DNA from: Promethearchaeota archaeon
Lineage (GTDB): Archaea > Asgardarchaeota > Lokiarchaeia > Sigyniarchaeales > SOKP01
Direction of reading: 5' to 3'
Length of the DNA: 27,050 nt
NCBI GenBank assembly: GCA_016839745.1
Contig: JAEOTS010000078.1
Span: forward strand, 1 to 27,050
Shown here: positions 1 through 8,519 of the stretch, in pieces
How positions within the stretch are numbered: the first letter of the stretch is position 1
Layout of the letters: each line of letters starts with the position of its first letter
Program-made: the position numbers and the translations under genes
The notes under the pieces: model-generated
Seen by the model: the letters and a program-made list of their open reading frames with translations, nothing else
Databases searched by the model: none
What the model was told of the DNA's origin: nothing

Positions 1-95
1 CTTAGATATTTGTTTTTTAATAAAATTTTAAAATAAGAATAATAATTGATCTAAGATTATTTCAATTATAGAAATTATAAATCTGTAATTTTGAT

Positions 96-1454
96 ATGGA
101 TCATAAATTTATTAATCCTGTTGAAACTCGTTATCGAACAGAATTAGCTAACATCTTTACAGAAGATAAAAAATTAGAGTATTGGTTAAAAGTTGAAGCA
201 GTATTAGCAAAAGCACATGCAAAATTAGGAAATATTCCTCAAGATGCTGCTGAAGAAATTTATAAGAAAGCTAATTTAACTTATGTAAAATTAAATCGGG
301 TAAAAAAAATCGATAATGAGATACATCACGATTTAATGGCTATGGTTAAGGCTTTAACTGAGCAATGCGAAGGATCTGCTAAGAAATATGTTCATTTGGG
401 GGCGACTAGTTACGACATTGAAGACACAGCAACAGCACTTCAGTTAAGAGAAGCGCTAACATATGTAATAAAATCTTTAAAAAACCTTTTAACAGCACTA
501 ATTAAAGTTATCGAAGATAAGAAAAAACTCGTGTGTATTGGAAGAACTCACGGACAACATGCTATTCCAACTACATATGGAATGAGATTTAGTGTTTGGG
601 CATATGAAATAGACAGGCATTTAGATAGATTAAAAGAAACTCTAACCCGGATATCATATGGCAAAATGTCGGGTGCTGTGGGTACTATGGCAAGTTTTGG
701 GGAGAATGGCATTGAAATTCAGAAATTAATAATGAAAGAACTTGATTTACTTCCAGCTTTGATAACAAACCAAATAATTCAGAGAGATCGTCATGCTGAA
801 GTTATTTTTTTAACAACGTTAATTGGACAATCTTTAGCGAAGATTTCAAGGCAATTTCGAGTGCTCCAAAGAAACGAAATCGCAGAAATGTTTGAACCCT
901 TCAAAAAGAGTCAAGTCGGTAGCTCAACAATGCCTCATAAGAGAAATCCCCACAAATCTGAAAGAATCTGCAGTTTGGCTAGAGTTCTAAAATCCAATGT
1001 AATTCCTGCTTTAGATAACATAGTGTTGGAAGATGAACGAGATTTAACAAACTCAGCTAATGAGAGAATAATTTTTGCTGAAAACTTCATTCTCTTAGAT
1101 TATATGATAATTCAACTTACGAAAAACATCGAAGAAGTTGAATTTGATGAAATAAAAATCGAAGAAAATTTAAACCTTACTAAGGGAGCTGTCTTATCTG
1201 AGAAAATTATGGTTAATTTAGTTGAAAAGGGTATTGGAAGACAAGAGGGACACGAAATTTTAAGAAATGCTGTAATAAAAGCAAAAGAAGAAAATCGTTT
1301 ACTTAAAGAAATTCTAAGCGAAAATCCGAAGATTGAGGGTGTTTTCACAAAAAAAGAAATTGATGATTTATTAAATCCTCATAATTATTTAGGAAAAGCT
1401 GTTGAACAAACTGAAAATTTATTACAATTTCTGAAAAATAAATATCAATCATAA
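96..1454 (+). CDS. purB: Adenylosuccinate lyase
   Basis: 452 aa; fumarase/ASL signature SSTMPHKRNP, plus HLGATSYDI, GRTHGQHA and ERDLTNS motifs; adjacent to purM. Confidence 0.97.
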   Translation: MDHKFINPVETRYRTELANIFTEDKKLEYWLKVEAVLAKAHAKLGNIPQDAAEEIYKKANLTYVKLNRVKKIDNEIHHDLMAMVKALTEQCEGSAKKYVHLGATSYDIEDTATALQLREALTYVIKSLKNLLTALIKVIEDKKKLVCIGRTHGQHAIPTTYGMRFSVWAYEIDRHLDRLKETLTRISYGKMSGAVGTMASFGENGIEIQKLIMKELDLLPALITNQIIQRDRHAEVIFLTTLIGQSLAKISRQFRVLQRNEIAEMFEPFKKSQVGSSTMPHKRNPHKSERICSLARVLKSNVIPALDNIVLEDERDLTNSANERIIFAENFILLDYMIIQLTKNIEEVEFDEIKIEENLNLTKGAVLSEKIMVNLVEKGIGRQEGHEILRNAVIKAKEENRLLKEILSENPKIEGVFTKKEIDDLLNPHNYLGKAVEQTENLLQFLKNKYQS

Positions 1455-1456
1455 AA

Positions 1457-2653
1457 ATGTCTGACGAAAAAGATATTTACTCTCAATTAGGAGTTTCATC
1501 TAAAAAAGAAGATGTCCATAAAGCAATAAAATCATTAGATCAAGGCTTATTTCCAGGATCGTTTTGTAAAATTGTGCCAGATGTAAGTAGGGGTGATGAT
1601 TGGTGTTCTGTATTTCATTCTGATGGGGCGGGCACAAAATCTAGCTTAGCGTATATGTATTATAAAGAAACAAATGACATCTCTGTGTTTAAGGGGATAG
1701 TAAGAGATGCCATTGTCATGAATATAGACGACATGTTGTGCGTTGGAGCAACAGGAAATTTCTTTATATCTAACAATATTAGCCGAAATAGCCGATATAT
1801 CTCTGGAGATATAATTAATACGATTATTAAGGAATATTATAACTATAGCAAAAAGTTGTCTGAGCTTGGTTTGAATACCCTAGTGTGTGGAGGGGAAACG
1901 GCTGATGTAGGTGATATCGTGAAAACGCTACTAGTAGATGCTTCAGTTTTTTCAAGTATGAAAAGAAAAGATGTCATTAATGCCTCAAACATAAAGAATG
2001 GGGATGTAATAATTGGATTAGCTAGTGACGGAAAAGCTTCATACGAAGATGATTTTAATAGCGGAATAGGAAGTAATGGCTTAACTCTAGCTAGACATGG
2101 ACTTCTTTCACACATCTATTACGAGAAATATCCCGAATGTTATGATCGAAACCTTGATGAACAATTAATCTTTTTTGGAAATTATCAACTTACAGATACT
2201 ATCAAAGGATTGAGCTTGAATGTTGGAAAAGCTCTGTTGTCTCCAACTAGAACTTATTCTCCTTTGTTATTGGAAGTATTGAAACAATATAGTGAGGAAA
2301 TTCACGGAATTATTCATAACACGGGAGGGGGTCAAACAAAAATCCTCAACTATGGCAAAAGAATTGCATATTTGAAAAATAATCTTTTTAAAATCCCTAA
2401 AATATTTGAAATGATTCAAAAATCTTCAGAAACTCATTGGAAAGAAATGTATCAAGTGTTCAATATGGGTCATCGAATGGAAATCTGTTGTAATGAAGCA
2501 ATTGCAAAAGATATTAATATGATAGCTAAGAAATTCAATATCGAATCGAAAATTATTGGTCAATGCGAAAAAACACTCTCAAAAAAGAATAACCAGCTTG
2601 AAATTAAGTCAGAATTTGGATCGTTTAATTATGAGCAAAAAAATATGAGTTAA
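1457..2653 (+). CDS. purM: Phosphoribosylformylglycinamidine cyclo-ligase (AIR synthase), long type
   Basis: 398 aa; YSQLGVS, DGAGTK, MNIDD, GGETAD, GLASDG..SNG.TLAR, HNTGGG and EMYQVFNMG motifs; starts 2 nt after purB. Confidence 0.9.
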   Translation: MSDEKDIYSQLGVSSKKEDVHKAIKSLDQGLFPGSFCKIVPDVSRGDDWCSVFHSDGAGTKSSLAYMYYKETNDISVFKGIVRDAIVMNIDDMLCVGATGNFFISNNISRNSRYISGDIINTIIKEYYNYSKKLSELGLNTLVCGGETADVGDIVKTLLVDASVFSSMKRKDVINASNIKNGDVIIGLASDGKASYEDDFNSGIGSNGLTLARHGLLSHIYYEKYPECYDRNLDEQLIFFGNYQLTDTIKGLSLNVGKALLSPTRTYSPLLLEVLKQYSEEIHGIIHNTGGGQTKILNYGKRIAYLKNNLFKIPKIFEMIQKSSETHWKEMYQVFNMGHRMEICCNEAIAKDINMIAKKFNIESKIIGQCEKTLSKKNNQLEIKSEFGSFNYEQKNMS

Positions 2654-2663
2654 TTTCGAAGTG

Positions 2664-3635
2664 ATGGAAATTTTTGATGTAATTTGTATTGGGGCGGCAC
2701 TTGTTGATCTTATCGCTCAAGTAGAAAGACACCCTTCTGATGATGATGAAGTGTTTGTATCAAATCTAACTTTATTATCTGGTGGGGCTGCTGCGAATAC
2801 AGCATATGCTTGTGGAAAAATCGGCTTATCAACAGCCTTCATTGGAAAATTGGGGCAAAATGATATCTTTGCTAATAAAATAATAAGTGATTTTAAAGAA
2901 GTATCTGTTGAAACGAATTTAATTAAATATTCTAACCGTTATACGACAGGGTCTGCTTATGTGGTATTAGATGAAAAGGGAGAAAGGAGGATATATGCTC
3001 ATAGTGGTGCCGCTAATTATCTATCTAAAAACGATCTTTTAGAAGAAGAGATTAAAGCCACTAAATTAATCTTTTTAAGCAGCTTACAAAATATAGAACC
3101 CTTATTACACGCAGCAAAAATAGGTAGAACCTGTAATATACCTGTGATTCTGAACCCAGGTATGTTGATTATCGACCAAGGTTTCGATTACATCCAAAAT
3201 TTGTTAGAGAAAATCGATATATTGATACTCTCTCAAAAAGAATTTAAAACTCTTTTTAGTTTCAAAGAAAATGATTTAAGTGAAGATTCAATTAGAGAAA
3301 GATCAGTTTCATTATTTGCCTTAGGATTGAACATTATTGTTGTAACACTTGGTGAAAAAGGAGCATTCCTATTAACTACCAAGCACGGTGAGCTAATAAA
3401 ACCGTTAAAATTAAAAAGAGTAATAGATACAACTGGAGCTGGTGATGCTTTTTCTGCAGGTTTCATGTTTGGTTTAATACAAAAATTGAGTCTAAAGTTT
3501 GAACACCTAAGAAATGATATTAAAATCGGTAATTTTGTAGCTGGACAGTGTATACAAAAATTAGGTGCGAGAAACGGAATTCCAGGAAGAAAGGAGTTAG
3601 TTAATTTTTTGGGGAATGCAAATAAAAAAATTTAA
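2664..3635 (+). CDS. PfkB/ribokinase-family carbohydrate or nucleoside kinase
   Basis: GGAAANTA and DTTGAGDAF PfkB signatures; ATG 2664 (GTG 2661 is an alternative start). Confidence 0.92.
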   Translation: MEIFDVICIGAALVDLIAQVERHPSDDDEVFVSNLTLLSGGAAANTAYACGKIGLSTAFIGKLGQNDIFANKIISDFKEVSVETNLIKYSNRYTTGSAYVVLDEKGERRIYAHSGAANYLSKNDLLEEEIKATKLIFLSSLQNIEPLLHAAKIGRTCNIPVILNPGMLIIDQGFDYIQNLLEKIDILILSQKEFKTLFSFKENDLSEDSIRERSVSLFALGLNIIVVTLGEKGAFLLTTKHGELIKPLKLKRVIDTTGAGDAFSAGFMFGLIQKLSLKFEHLRNDIKIGNFVAGQCIQKLGARNGIPGRKELVNFLGNANKKI

Positions 3636-3689
3636 AAAATTTCAATATAATTATCTTTTAATCATAAAACTTGTTTGTAGTTATATATC

Positions 3690-4760
3690 ATGAGAAGATT
3701 TGAAACCCCTTTAAAAAAGATAATAAAGCAACGATTTTATTATCTTTTCGAAGTTTTGATTATCTTTCTAGGTATTTTCATTTTCATGTTAATCCCAACT
3801 TTTCTGTTGCCATTTTTAATCGATGTAAATTCTGTTATTTTTGAACCTCTTTATTATTTATTCAGAGCTGTAATGCTTATCACTGCGATTCCTTTATTTT
3901 TGTATTTAGCAGCTTTTTTAATGGAAAAACAGCGAAAAAAATTAATTTTAGAGGAAGATATTAGTCCATCAAGGAACTTTTTAAGTTTATTTAACATAAC
4001 TAAAAAGAATTTTAAATTTCAACTTTTATATGGTGTATTATTGCTTTTCTTAATTTTCATACCTCTAGATTTCTTTAGCTATCTCTTCTCGCCTGACATG
4101 CTCTCTTGGACAGCCATAGCTTTAGAACCTGCTGGAGAGTTCTCTTTAAATTCTTATTTCAACGAAAATTATTATATTTTTCTTTTCTCAATTATTATTA
4201 TACCACTTATGGTTGCTATATATGAGGAATCCTTAGTAAGAGGTTTCTTATCCAATAGAGGAAGCGATTATTTAAACAGAATGTCTGCTGTAATAATAAC
4301 GTCCTTCTTCTTTGGATTATTACATTTTGATATTGTTTTTTTAAGACCTTCACTAGGATTACCTATTATCTTTCCTATTATTTGGTTTCTACAAACTTTC
4401 TTTGTAGGGATTATTCTTGCGATGGTGGTACTAAGAAAACATTGGATATTTCCAGCGATCTTTGCTCATACTCTAAATAATGTAATTTCCTCTTTTTCAA
4501 TTTGGAACTATATAAATGGTCAGGATTTTTCGTTTATGACTATTTTCGTTTATATTCCCCTCCTTATCATAGGAATCATATTATTTATATGGCAAATTTC
4601 TAGAATTAAAGAAAGTTTATCAATAGGTTTTAAAGAATTAAAAAGTTATTTCAAACGCGATGAGAGTATAGAAGAGAGATCGTCAGATACAATTGTACGG
4701 ATAATAATGGACTTTTTATTCGGGTTGCTTATTTTTATGATAGGAGTAGTAATATTATAG
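3690..4760 (+). CDS. CPBP (Abi/CAAX Rce1-like) intramembrane glutamic protease
   Basis: Multiple hydrophobic helices; EExxxR (EESLVRG), FxxxH (FGLLH) and HxxxN (HTLNN) motifs. Confidence 0.88.
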   Translation: MRRFETPLKKIIKQRFYYLFEVLIIFLGIFIFMLIPTFLLPFLIDVNSVIFEPLYYLFRAVMLITAIPLFLYLAAFLMEKQRKKLILEEDISPSRNFLSLFNITKKNFKFQLLYGVLLLFLIFIPLDFFSYLFSPDMLSWTAIALEPAGEFSLNSYFNENYYIFLFSIIIIPLMVAIYEESLVRGFLSNRGSDYLNRMSAVIITSFFFGLLHFDIVFLRPSLGLPIIFPIIWFLQTFFVGIILAMVVLRKHWIFPAIFAHTLNNVISSFSIWNYINGQDFSFMTIFVYIPLLIIGIILFIWQISRIKESLSIGFKELKSYFKRDESIEERSSDTIVRIIMDFLFGLLIFMIGVVIL

Positions 4761-4775
4761 CGAGTAATAAATGCA

Positions 4776-5300
4776 ATGGTTAAATTTGGGATAATTTCTG
4801 ATACTCACTTTACTATTAAAGATGAAACTAGCCTATCCGAAAATCTATTTAATCAACTGAAAGAAATTTTCAAAGATGTTGACGAAATTGTACACGCAGG
4901 AGATGTTTGTGAGGAATTTTTCTTAGATCATTTAAAAAAAATAGCACCAGTCCGGTGCGTTAAAGGTGAACTTGATAAAATAACTGGTTTGGAAGAATTT
5001 ATCAAATTTCCAGTTAACAATTACAATATCGGTGTTATTCACAAGAAACCTGAAAATTTAGAAGATTGTTTTAAAAAAAATAATATTCATATTCTTGTTT
5101 TTGGGCATACTCATCAACCACTCATAAAAGGTACACCCTATAACACTTTATTGGTTAACCCAGGAAGCCCAACAAAACCTAAAGCACCACCCCCAAAAAG
5201 AGGATTTGAAAAACCAATAGCTAGGTCGACCGTTATTACGCTAAATATTGACGAAGATAATATTTTATCTACTTATATAATAAATATCAAAAATTCATAG
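4776..5300 (+). CDS. YfcE/MJ0936/Vps29-family metallophosphoesterase
   Basis: SDTH, HAGD, GHTH and NPGS motifs; the GNxD motif appears as GELD. Confidence 0.88.
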   Translation: MVKFGIISDTHFTIKDETSLSENLFNQLKEIFKDVDEIVHAGDVCEEFFLDHLKKIAPVRCVKGELDKITGLEEFIKFPVNNYNIGVIHKKPENLEDCFKKNNIHILVFGHTHQPLIKGTPYNTLLVNPGSPTKPKAPPPKRGFEKPIARSTVITLNIDEDNILSTYIINIKNS

Positions 5301-5369
5301 AAATAAAGTTAAATATTATATAGTTCATATTATAGTTATTATAATAATAATAGCAGAGTGTTTATCCAT

Positions 5370-5768
5370 ATGGTTTCAAGGCTAGAACTTGTATTAAAAG
5401 AACTAAACGAGAATGGAAACTTTAGAGCATCATTGTTTTCAACTTCAACGGGATTAGTTTTAGCTTCCCAAAAAGCAGATGATGTTGATGACAGAGTAGT
5501 TGCCGCTATGAGTTCGTTATTGAGCGATGCAGCATATAAAGCTTCTGAGGAAATGAATTTATCCCTCCTATCGAGTTTAAAAATTAAATATTTAGAAGAT
5601 TACATCGTGTGTAGAAATATAATCATGCCTGATCAAAAAACGCAGTTCATCTTAGCAGTTTTATCTAAAAAACCCGAATCATCCGAAATTGAGTCTTATT
5701 ACGATCAACTCCTCGATTGGGCAGTGGATAACGCAACACCAGATTTAGAAAAACTCTCTTCTATTTAA
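5370..5768 (+). CDS. Roadblock/LC7 (MglB-like) domain protein
   Basis: About 132 aa with the Roadblock pattern: helix, ASLFSTSTGLVLAS strands, then DDRVVAAMSSLL helix. ATG 5370 (GTG 5358 alternative). Confidence 0.8.
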   Translation: MVSRLELVLKELNENGNFRASLFSTSTGLVLASQKADDVDDRVVAAMSSLLSDAAYKASEEMNLSLLSSLKIKYLEDYIVCRNIIMPDQKTQFILAVLSKKPESSEIESYYDQLLDWAVDNATPDLEKLSSI

Positions 5769-5880
5769 GAAATATTTATTTTCCTAAGCATTCCTTTTCT
5801 TTAATCTAATAGTAAGGACTATAGCTTTTTTTATAACTTAGAAATGTTAAATTTAATAATCATAGTTTTATTTTGAATTT

Positions 5881-6918
5881 ATGAAAGCAGCCTTCATAAA
5901 CAAACATGGTAGTTTAGACCAACTACTAATTGGAGATCTCGATATTCCAAAAATAAAACCAAATGAAGTGTTAGTTCAAGCAAAATTTGGAGCTTTGAAC
6001 CATATTGATGTTTTTTTGATAAGAGGTTGGCCGGGATTAAAATTAACTATGCCTCATGTATTAGGAAGCGATGGAAGTGGAATAATAAAGGAAGTAGGGT
6101 CTGCGGTAACAACAGTAAGTGAAGGAGAGAGCGTTACGATTAATCCTGGATTGAGCTGTGGGAAATGCAAATTTTGTTTATCAGGTAATCAGAATTTCTG
6201 TAAAAGCTTTTCTATTATGGGAGAACATAGGTGGGGTACTTATTGCGAGTATTTTAAAGTCCCTGAAGAAAATGCGTTAAAATTACCATCTAATATCTCT
6301 TATGAACTCGCAGCAGCAGCACCACTTACTTTTTTAACTGCTTGGAGGCTTTTAACAACTCAAGCTAATTTAAGACCGGGCGAAAACATACTTATCCATG
6401 GAGCAGGAGGGGGTGTCTCTACTGCTGCAATTCAGATTGCTAAATATATTGGAGCAAAAGTTATAACTACCACTAGTGATCAAGATAAAATGAAAAAAGC
6501 AGAAGAGTTAGGAGCAGATCATGTAATTAATTATAAGACCAGCCCTGATTACGGTAAAACTATTTTCTCTGAGATAACTAAAAAGCAAGGAATCGATGTT
6601 ATAGTTGATAGCGTTGGAAAATTAACAATTTCAAACAGTCTTCGCCTGTTAAAACCCGGTGGACGTTTAGTTATTCCAGGTGCCACAACAGGATCAATAG
6701 CTGAGGTTGATATTAGGCAAATCTTCTGGAAACAAATCAAAATCTTTGGTTCGACTATGAGTAATCAAGGAGAATTTAGGGAGGTAATGAAATTAGTTTT
6801 TGAGGAAAAACTGAAACCCATTGTAGATAGAAAGTTCCAATTGGAAGAAATTATTGAAGCAGAGAACTATTTGAATGAAGGTAAACAGTTTGGGAAGGTT
6901 TTAATAGAAATCTCCTAA
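5881..6918 (+). CDS. MDR-family zinc-binding dehydrogenase / quinone oxidoreductase-like protein
   Basis: 345 aa; structural-zinc CGKCKFC-x7-C; GSDGSG in place of GHE; HGAGGGV nucleotide-binding motif; C-terminal GKVLI. Confidence 0.9.
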   Translation: MKAAFINKHGSLDQLLIGDLDIPKIKPNEVLVQAKFGALNHIDVFLIRGWPGLKLTMPHVLGSDGSGIIKEVGSAVTTVSEGESVTINPGLSCGKCKFCLSGNQNFCKSFSIMGEHRWGTYCEYFKVPEENALKLPSNISYELAAAAPLTFLTAWRLLTTQANLRPGENILIHGAGGGVSTAAIQIAKYIGAKVITTTSDQDKMKKAEELGADHVINYKTSPDYGKTIFSEITKKQGIDVIVDSVGKLTISNSLRLLKPGGRLVIPGATTGSIAEVDIRQIFWKQIKIFGSTMSNQGEFREVMKLVFEEKLKPIVDRKFQLEEIIEAENYLNEGKQFGKVLIEIS

Positions 6919-6921
6919 TTC

Positions 6922-7596
6922 TTATTCTATTATCGATCTGTAAAATTCATATGCCTTTTCAGCAACTTCTTGTTCAAATCCTATATAAAAATGATCTGCT
7001 CCATTAATTATTCTATACTGCTTTGGTTCTAAGTAGAAATTATAATGGTTCTCAAAATTTTCATAAATCGCTAAAGTATCTCGATTTCCTTGAATAAATA
7101 ACTTTGGTTTTTCACTTTGAGAAAGCTCTTTATATTTCAAACCCATAAAGTCCCAAGGAAATGAAATAGCACAAAAGGCAATGATATCTTTAGAATAATT
7201 TACTGCAGAGCAACCTATAGCGGCACCGTAGGAGTAACCGCAGATTACTATTTTTTCGACATTTTTCTCGTTTAAAAGAAAATCAATACAAGTTTTCACA
7301 TCAATTAATTCTCCAGTTCCAGCAGTGTGATTTCCTGATGAATTTCCAACTCCCCTAAAATTAAACCGTAAACATGAAATACCATTTTGAGTGAATTTGT
7401 TAAAAACACCAGATACTACATTATTATACATATTGCCCCCATATTTTCCCTTTTTAAGGATTTAAATCCCGAAAAATTGAGGATGTGGGTGGCAAATTAG
7501 AACAACAAAAGGGAAATTTTCTGTGTTCGATAGAAACAACTCGGCTTCAATTCTATCTTCATTATTATTAATTAATATTTTATCAATTCCAAGCAT
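6922..7596 (-). CDS. Alpha/beta-fold hydrolase (HPHP-x-x-GG family), two exons: 7596-7478 and 7444-6922; 213 aa after splicing
   Basis: ATG at 7596 reads MLGIDKILINNNEDRIEAELFLSNTENFPFVVLICHPHPQ. A 33-nt insert with an in-frame TAA follows, then YGGNMYNNVV...RFNFRGVG.S.G...GYSYG (Ser nucleophile)...QGNRD (Asp)...ADHFY (His). The ORF track captures only the part starting at 7431. Confidence 0.9.
7445..7477 (-). other. Putative 33-nt bulge-helix-bulge (tRNA-type) intron in a protein-coding mRNA
   Basis: RNA: UUGCCACCCACA-UCCU-CA^A-UUUUUCGGGAU-UUAA-AUCCUUAAAAA-GGGA-AA^A-UAUGGGGGCAA. Central 4-bp helix UCCU/GGGA, two 3-nt bulges (CAA, AAA), an intron hairpin and an exon-exon stem. Cuts after bulge nt 2 give CCU CAA UAU GGG GGC = PQYGG in frame. 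Confidence 0.85.
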
Positions 7597-7652
7597 AATT
7601 TTAATTAGTTTTTAATCTATAATAATAATACTGTATTAAGAATCTGGTGAAA

Positions 7653-8507
7653 ATGAGTTATAATCGTATCCTAATTGAAAAAAAAATAAAAAAATTTCTA
7701 ATAGAAGATAATTCATTTGTTGACATTAGTTCAAAATCAATTCCAACAAAATCTATCTCATCTGCAAAAATTATTGCTAAAACCGATGGCTATATATCTG
7801 GATTAGAAGAATTGGAGATATTATTTCAAATTCTAAAGGTTGACATTACTTTCAAGAAAGAAGATGGTGATCAAATCCAAAATGGAGATATCATAGCAGA
7901 ATTGTATGGAAAAACCAAAGATATCTTGTTAGGTGAAAGAGTGGGATTAAATCTTCTGTGTCACATGAGTACAATAACAACAACTACTCGTAAATTTGTA
8001 AAAATCATCGAGGAATCCGGAAAAAGGGTGAAAATAGCCTGTACTAGAAAAACTCTCCCTGGTTTAAGAATGTTTGAAAAAAAGGCAGTAGAAATCGGAA
8101 AAGGAGACACCCACCGTTTTAATTTAGATGATATGGTTCTTTTAAAATCAACTCACTTAAAATTTTATAATGGAAATGTAGCAGAACTTCTCAGAAACAT
8201 GAAGCTTAAAGTCAGCTTCACAAAAAAAATAGAGATTGAAGTGGAAAAAGTTAATGATGTTATTATAGCTGTAAAAAATGGAGCAGATATAATAATGCTA
8301 GATAATATGGACCCTGATAAAGTTCAAGATGCAATTAATTTGTTAAAACAACAAAATTTACGCGATCGGGTTATCATTGAAGTTTCGGGGAATATAACAC
8401 AAGACAATATAGTAGATTATTTAATTTCAGAACCAGATATTATAAGTACGAGTATTCTAACCCAAAAACCTACTGAATTTGTAGATTTGTCCCTTCAACT
8501 TGGTTAA
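7653..8507 (+). CDS. nadC: Nicotinate-nucleotide pyrophosphorylase (quinolinate phosphoribosyltransferase)
   Basis: ER..LN, CTRKTLPG, THR, IEIEVE and MLDNM motifs; GGTGA just upstream of ATG 7653 (GTG 7647 alternative). Confidence 0.88.
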   Translation: MSYNRILIEKKIKKFLIEDNSFVDISSKSIPTKSISSAKIIAKTDGYISGLEELEILFQILKVDITFKKEDGDQIQNGDIIAELYGKTKDILLGERVGLNLLCHMSTITTTTRKFVKIIEESGKRVKIACTRKTLPGLRMFEKKAVEIGKGDTHRFNLDDMVLLKSTHLKFYNGNVAELLRNMKLKVSFTKKIEIEVEKVNDVIIAVKNGADIIMLDNMDPDKVQDAINLLKQQNLRDRVIIEVSGNITQDNIVDYLISEPDIISTSILTQKPTEFVDLSLQLG

Positions 8508-8519
8508 ATAAGAATATAA

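Noticed and set aside
5170-5235. Pro-rich insert in the phosphoesterase as a second BHB intron (ACCT...AGGT)
   Set aside because: The 4-bp helix exists, but the flanking helices on both sides of the putative bulges do not pair, and there is no stop or frameshift.
7445-7477. Insert as a MITE/transposon footprint or stop-codon readthrough element
   Set aside because: No convincing target-site duplication and no second copy seen in the window. Readthrough would leave 11 extra residues in the oxyanion-loop motif, and the stop is TAA, not a Sec/Pyl codon.
6922-7596. Hydrolase as a simple pseudogene, or a 169-aa gene starting at 7431
   Set aside because: Both parts are otherwise intact, the catalytic triad is conserved, and the insert boundaries coincide with canonical BHB cut sites, which is unlikely for random decay.
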